A stretch of 27,476 nucleotides of DNA from a virus. Lineage: Duplodnaviria; Heunggongvirae; Uroviricota; Caudoviricetes. Shown here piece by piece: positions 25,205 to 27,476 of the stretch (positions within the stretch are counted from its first letter, which is position 1; each line of letters begins with the position of its first letter). The stretch spans positions 1-27,476 of the IMG/VR virus record IMGVR_UViG_3300010998_000001, one strand, 5' to 3'. The notes beneath the pieces were generated by a model. That model saw only the letters and a list, made by a program, of their open reading frames with translations. It had not been told where the DNA came from and did no database searches. The position numbers and the translations under genes were made by a program.

Positions 25205-26173
25205 ATGTTTAATGATAAAAACACAATTTTATATATGACTGTTGGACTTCCTGGGAGCGGAAAGTCTACATATTGCCAGCAGTTGCGAGCCAATGGAGTA
25301 ATCATTCATTCTTCTGATGCTTTGCGAGAAGAGCTATATGGTGACGCAAATAATCAGGAACATAATCAGGATTTGTTTGTCGAGCTGCACCGCCGCATTA
25401 AAAAAGATTTGATAGACGGCCATAGCGTCGTTTATGATGCTACCAATCTTTCTAAGAAACGGCGCACAGCATTTCTCGCGGAACTGAAAAGCATAGCCTG
25501 TCAGAAGATTTGTTTGCTTTTTCTGACACCGTTTGAATTGTGCTGCGCTTTCAATCAGGCCAGAGAGGAAAGGGTTGTCCCTGGGTATGTCATGGATCGT
25601 ATGTATAAGAATTTCAATCCACCGAATTACCGTGAAGGATTCAATAAGATTGAATTGATTTATAACTATGGCGGCAAAGGCAAGGAATCTTATACATATT
25701 ACAATTATCAAGTATTCATGTTTGGCGAAAATGGTGCGATCCATTTCGATCAAGAGAATAAACATCATGAGTTGACTTTGGGACAGCATTGTATCCAAAC
25801 CATGTATAACGTGTGCCGTAATCATTCTGATAATTGGCGACTCAGGATCGCGGCGCTGATTCATGACAATGGAAAGATATATACAAAATCCCGTTTCAAT
25901 TCAAAGGGAGAGGAAGATGGCGATTGCCATTATTATCAGCATCATTGTGTTGGCGCGTATGATGCTTTCTTCTTCATGGACAGAGACAACTTTGATGTCG
26001 CTATCTCAGACGATGACAGAATTTATATTTCTAACCTCATTTATTATCACATGATGCCTTACACATCATGGAAACAGAGTGAAAAAGCCATGGCAAGAGA
26101 TAGAGTGCAAATGGGCGAAGAGATGTATCAGGATGTTATTCATTTGCACAATGCGGATAATGCCGCACACTAA
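25205..26173 (+). CDS. Polynucleotide-kinase-like P-loop domain fused to an HD phosphohydrolase
   Basis: GLPGSGKST, SSDALR, YDATN; C-terminal H...AALIHDNGK...H. Confidence 0.88.
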   Translation: MFNDKNTILYMTVGLPGSGKSTYCQQLRANGVIIHSSDALREELYGDANNQEHNQDLFVELHRRIKKDLIDGHSVVYDATNLSKKRRTAFLAELKSIACQKICLLFLTPFELCCAFNQAREERVVPGYVMDRMYKNFNPPNYREGFNKIELIYNYGGKGKESYTYYNYQVFMFGENGAIHFDQENKHHELTLGQHCIQTMYNVCRNHSDNWRLRIAALIHDNGKIYTKSRFNSKGEEDGDCHYYQHHCVGAYDAFFFMDRDNFDVAISDDDRIYISNLIYYHMMPYTSWKQSEKAMARDRVQMGEEMYQDVIHLHNADNAAH

Positions 26174-26188
26174 AGAAAGGAAATAGAT

Positions 26189-26812
26189 ATGGGTACTAGA
26201 CACTTGATTGCCGTGTATCTGGATGGCGAATATAAGATTGCTCAGTATGGACAGTGGGACGGTTATCCAGAGGGACAGGGGGTTTCTACGTTGGCGTTTG
26301 CTAGAGAGATTGCCGCTCCTACTGCACGGAGATTGTTTAAAGAAAAGCTTCGTCAATGTCGGTGGATTACAGAAAACGAAATCGAATATATTAACGAAAA
26401 GATACGAAAAGGAATCATCGAAGATTGGACTAAGATATATCCAGAACTTGATCGTGATACTGGTTCCGATATTTTGAAGATGGTGTTCAATAGCAAAGAT
26501 GGCATGGCGCTACAAAACAGTATTACATTTGCGGCGGATAGTCTATTCTGCGAATGGGCTTGGGTGATTGATCTTGATAAGAAAACCTTTGAGGGCTATA
26601 AAGGATTTAATACGACACATCCGGCCACGCAAGAAGATAGATTTTATTTTCTAAAAGACGAAGAGGAAAAGAAAGCCTCAGAACGTACAATGTCTGGCGA
26701 TTCGTATTACTGTGTCCGACTTGTGAAAAGTTACAGTCTTGATGATCTACCTTCAGATGCAACATTTCTCCATGATTTCGTGTCAGACGATGAAGAAGAG
26801 GATATTACATAA
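26189..26812 (+). CDS. Hypothetical phage protein
   Basis: 207 aa; MGTR...AQYGQWDGYPEGQG...DSLFCEWAWVIDLD; AAGGA RBS. Confidence 0.75.
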   Translation: MGTRHLIAVYLDGEYKIAQYGQWDGYPEGQGVSTLAFAREIAAPTARRLFKEKLRQCRWITENEIEYINEKIRKGIIEDWTKIYPELDRDTGSDILKMVFNSKDGMALQNSITFAADSLFCEWAWVIDLDKKTFEGYKGFNTTHPATQEDRFYFLKDEEEKKASERTMSGDSYYCVRLVKSYSLDDLPSDATFLHDFVSDDEEEDIT

Positions 26813-27294
26813 TGGAGAAATTTTATATTATCCCAAGCGATCATGAAGTGGCCGCGCAATATTGGAAGTACCAAGAATTTGAACGGGACATGATAAATCT
26901 TTTTAACGAATTTGCCAACACACATGGAATTGAAGCATCAAAATTTGCAATAAGAACAGATCGCCTACAAATTGTTCCTACGGATAATGATATGAAGAAG
27001 TTTAAGGGTGAGTTCTTATCTGGCAAAGAAGGTCAATTCAAGAAAGGTTCAGAGTTTAGCAAGGCATGGATTAAAGCTATCAAAGATAGCGGGATTGAAT
27101 ATGTAAGTAAACCATATCCTCCATTTATTTTTGGTATGCCGCTTGGTAGGTCTTGGTACAGGCTTTTCAATTTGCATGATGTCATTTATTGCACTATGGA
27201 AAATGCCAATCACTTTGATAATCCGGCTGGGTTTGAAGAAATACCAGGCAGTTATTTCTATAAGATTATGGAAGATAATCATATTCAAATTTAA
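26812..27294 (+). CDS. Hypothetical protein
   Basis: 160 aa; TAATG overlap. Confidence 0.7.
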   Translation: MEKFYIIPSDHEVAAQYWKYQEFERDMINLFNEFANTHGIEASKFAIRTDRLQIVPTDNDMKKFKGEFLSGKEGQFKKGSEFSKAWIKAIKDSGIEYVSKPYPPFIFGMPLGRSWYRLFNLHDVIYCTMENANHFDNPAGFEEIPGSYFYKIMEDNHIQI

Positions 27295-27310
27295 TATATA
27301 GGAGTGAATT

Positions 27311-27476
27311 ATGCAGAAGATTTTTATAAGCCAACCGATGTTTGGCAAGACGAAAGAAGAGATTATCGCTGCGCGAGAAGATGGTATTCAGCTACTTGAA
27401 ACAGCATTTGGCAAAGGAGCGTTTGAAGTAATTGATTCCTATTTTGATAACCACCCTAATTGTGACGCGAAGAATA
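27311..27476 (+). CDS. Partial CDS, possibly nucleoside deoxyribosyltransferase-like; runs off the window
   Basis: AGGAG RBS; MQKIFISQPMFGKTKEEI...EVIDSYF. Confidence 0.5.
   Translation, partial: MQKIFISQPMFGKTKEEIIAAREDGIQLLETAFGKGAFEVIDSYFDNHPNCDAKN

Noticed and set aside
11410-25864. Long minus-strand ORFs (11410-12015, 14151-14774, 23396-23971, 25334-25864)
   Set aside because: They are antisense shadows of well-supported + strand genes with no recognisable motifs.
1-27476. Stop-codon reassignment (TAG or TGA) as the cause of the broken genes
   Set aside because: Long genes are intact in the standard code, and the breaks are frameshifts that readthrough does not repair.

Overview
This window looks like part of a large dsDNA phage or prophage of a Bacillota (probably Clostridia-like) host. 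That is an inference from the dense co-oriented small ORFs, near-consensus sigma-A promoters, a tRNA-Leu gene, an XRE repressor plus ImmA-type protease, and many auxiliary enzymes. The enzymes are NAD-dependent ligase, a NadR/PnuC-type NAD salvage set, GlyA, an RNA ligase and kinase-HD protein, cysteine desulfurase, a PAPS-reductase-family protein, a radical SAM protein and three DNA methyltransferase-type genes. No virion genes are visible. The main discovery is a poly-G-gated modular diversification scheme at three loci. (1) The PAPS-reductase-family gene ends in three poly-G tracts (G8, G7, G8) that form a three-way decision tree with seven outcomes, each containing a different copy of one Trp-containing motif. 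(2) A split, circularly permuted C5 cytosine methyltransferase has five target-recognition-like modules between its halves, each broken at a C-G5 tract and each restored by exactly one extra G. (3) Two more such modules, with the same C-G5 break, sit alone about 16 kb upstream. The frame logic was read directly from the sequence; the functional interpretation is inference, and homopolymer sequencing error must be excluded with reads.
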